Shown: one piece after another, positions 63,804 through 64,000 of the stretch | Numbering within the stretch: position 1 is the first letter of the stretch | How the letters are laid out: every line of letters starts with the position of its first letter | Assembly (NCBI GenBank): GCA_018266295.1 | Contig: JAFEAQ010000011.1 | Span: forward strand, 593,626-657,625 | DNA: 64,000 nucleotides | Direction of reading: 5' to 3' | DNA from: Bdellovibrionales bacterium | GTDB taxonomy: Bacteria > Bdellovibrionota > Bdellovibrionia > Bdellovibrionales > Bdellovibrionaceae | Notes under the pieces: generated by a model | Databases searched by the model: none | The model's input: the letters and a program-made list of their open reading frames with translations, nothing else | What the model was told of the DNA's origin: nothing | Translations under genes and position numbers: made by a program

Positions 63804-64000
63804 TTAGAATGTGAAAACCGCTCCTGCCGAGAGGAAGGTGCCATTAAATTGGCCCTGGTCCCATAACTGCAGGTGGTTTTTTAGACCAGACTCAATGAAA
63901 AATCCAGCATTCTCGAAGACATCGAAAAATCTCGCCCCCGCGATCAGCTGATAATCCAACGACAATGAGGCTTCATGATCGGTCTGACGGAAGAACACGC
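63804..64000 (-). CDS. C-terminal fragment of an outer-membrane beta-barrel-like protein (5' end off the right edge)
   Basis: The frame is open to the window end. The C-terminus ...SAGAVFTF has a terminal Phe typical of OMPs. The Met listed in the track is probably internal. Confidence 0.5.
   Translation of the reverse strand, partial: VFFRQTDHEASLSLDYQLIAGARFFDVFENAGFFIESGLKNHLQLWDQGQFNGTFLSAGAVFTF

Overview
This is a gene-dense 64-kb chromosomal segment with about 70 CDS. GC is roughly 50% from hand counts of sample lines.

The likely source is a Bdellovibrio-like (Bdellovibrionota) bacterium. That is an inference from two TIGR02147-family genes, a PilZ-like gene, and a very high share of signal-peptide, lipoprotein and outer-membrane hypothetical proteins. 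It cannot be confirmed without a database search.

Housekeeping anchors recognised from motifs: hisS, lgt, greB, mtgA, ybaK, rsmB, a bcp-type peroxiredoxin, an Slt-type lytic transglycosylase, a patatin-like lipase, an ArsR/MFS pair, a GST, and a MacB/LolCDE-type ABC transporter with DUF3299. Scanning by eye found no rRNA, tRNA or CRISPR array.

Two coding regions run off the window edges: 1..2262 and 63804..64000, both on the minus strand. The left one (at least 754 aa, with an HExxH motif) is absent from the supplied ORF track.

There is one mobile element, an IS1-like insertion sequence at 10293..11377 with perfect 28-bp terminal inverted repeats.

Candidate systems worth follow-up:
1. A three-gene module of a FecR-domain protein, an Ig-repeat outer-membrane barrel and a Cache-HAMP class III nucleotide cyclase (38.7-44.0 kb).
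2. A TIGR02147 HTH-like gene bracketed by two paralogous 8-Cys lipoproteins (49.4-52.3 kb), plus a second TIGR02147/secreted-protein pair (4.6-6.5 kb).
3. A translationally coupled YqcI/YcgG plus DUF1989 pair (34.6-35.9 kb).
4. A 25-bp perfect inverted repeat immediately upstream of hisS.
5. Two hairpins with the same stem and the same loop length bracketing a vWA gene.
6. A five-gene envelope cluster ending in LemA and a GIDE protein with an EF-hand.
7. Several hairpins that pair with Shine-Dalgarno sequences.

All product names come from motif recognition and memory of protein families. No searches were run.
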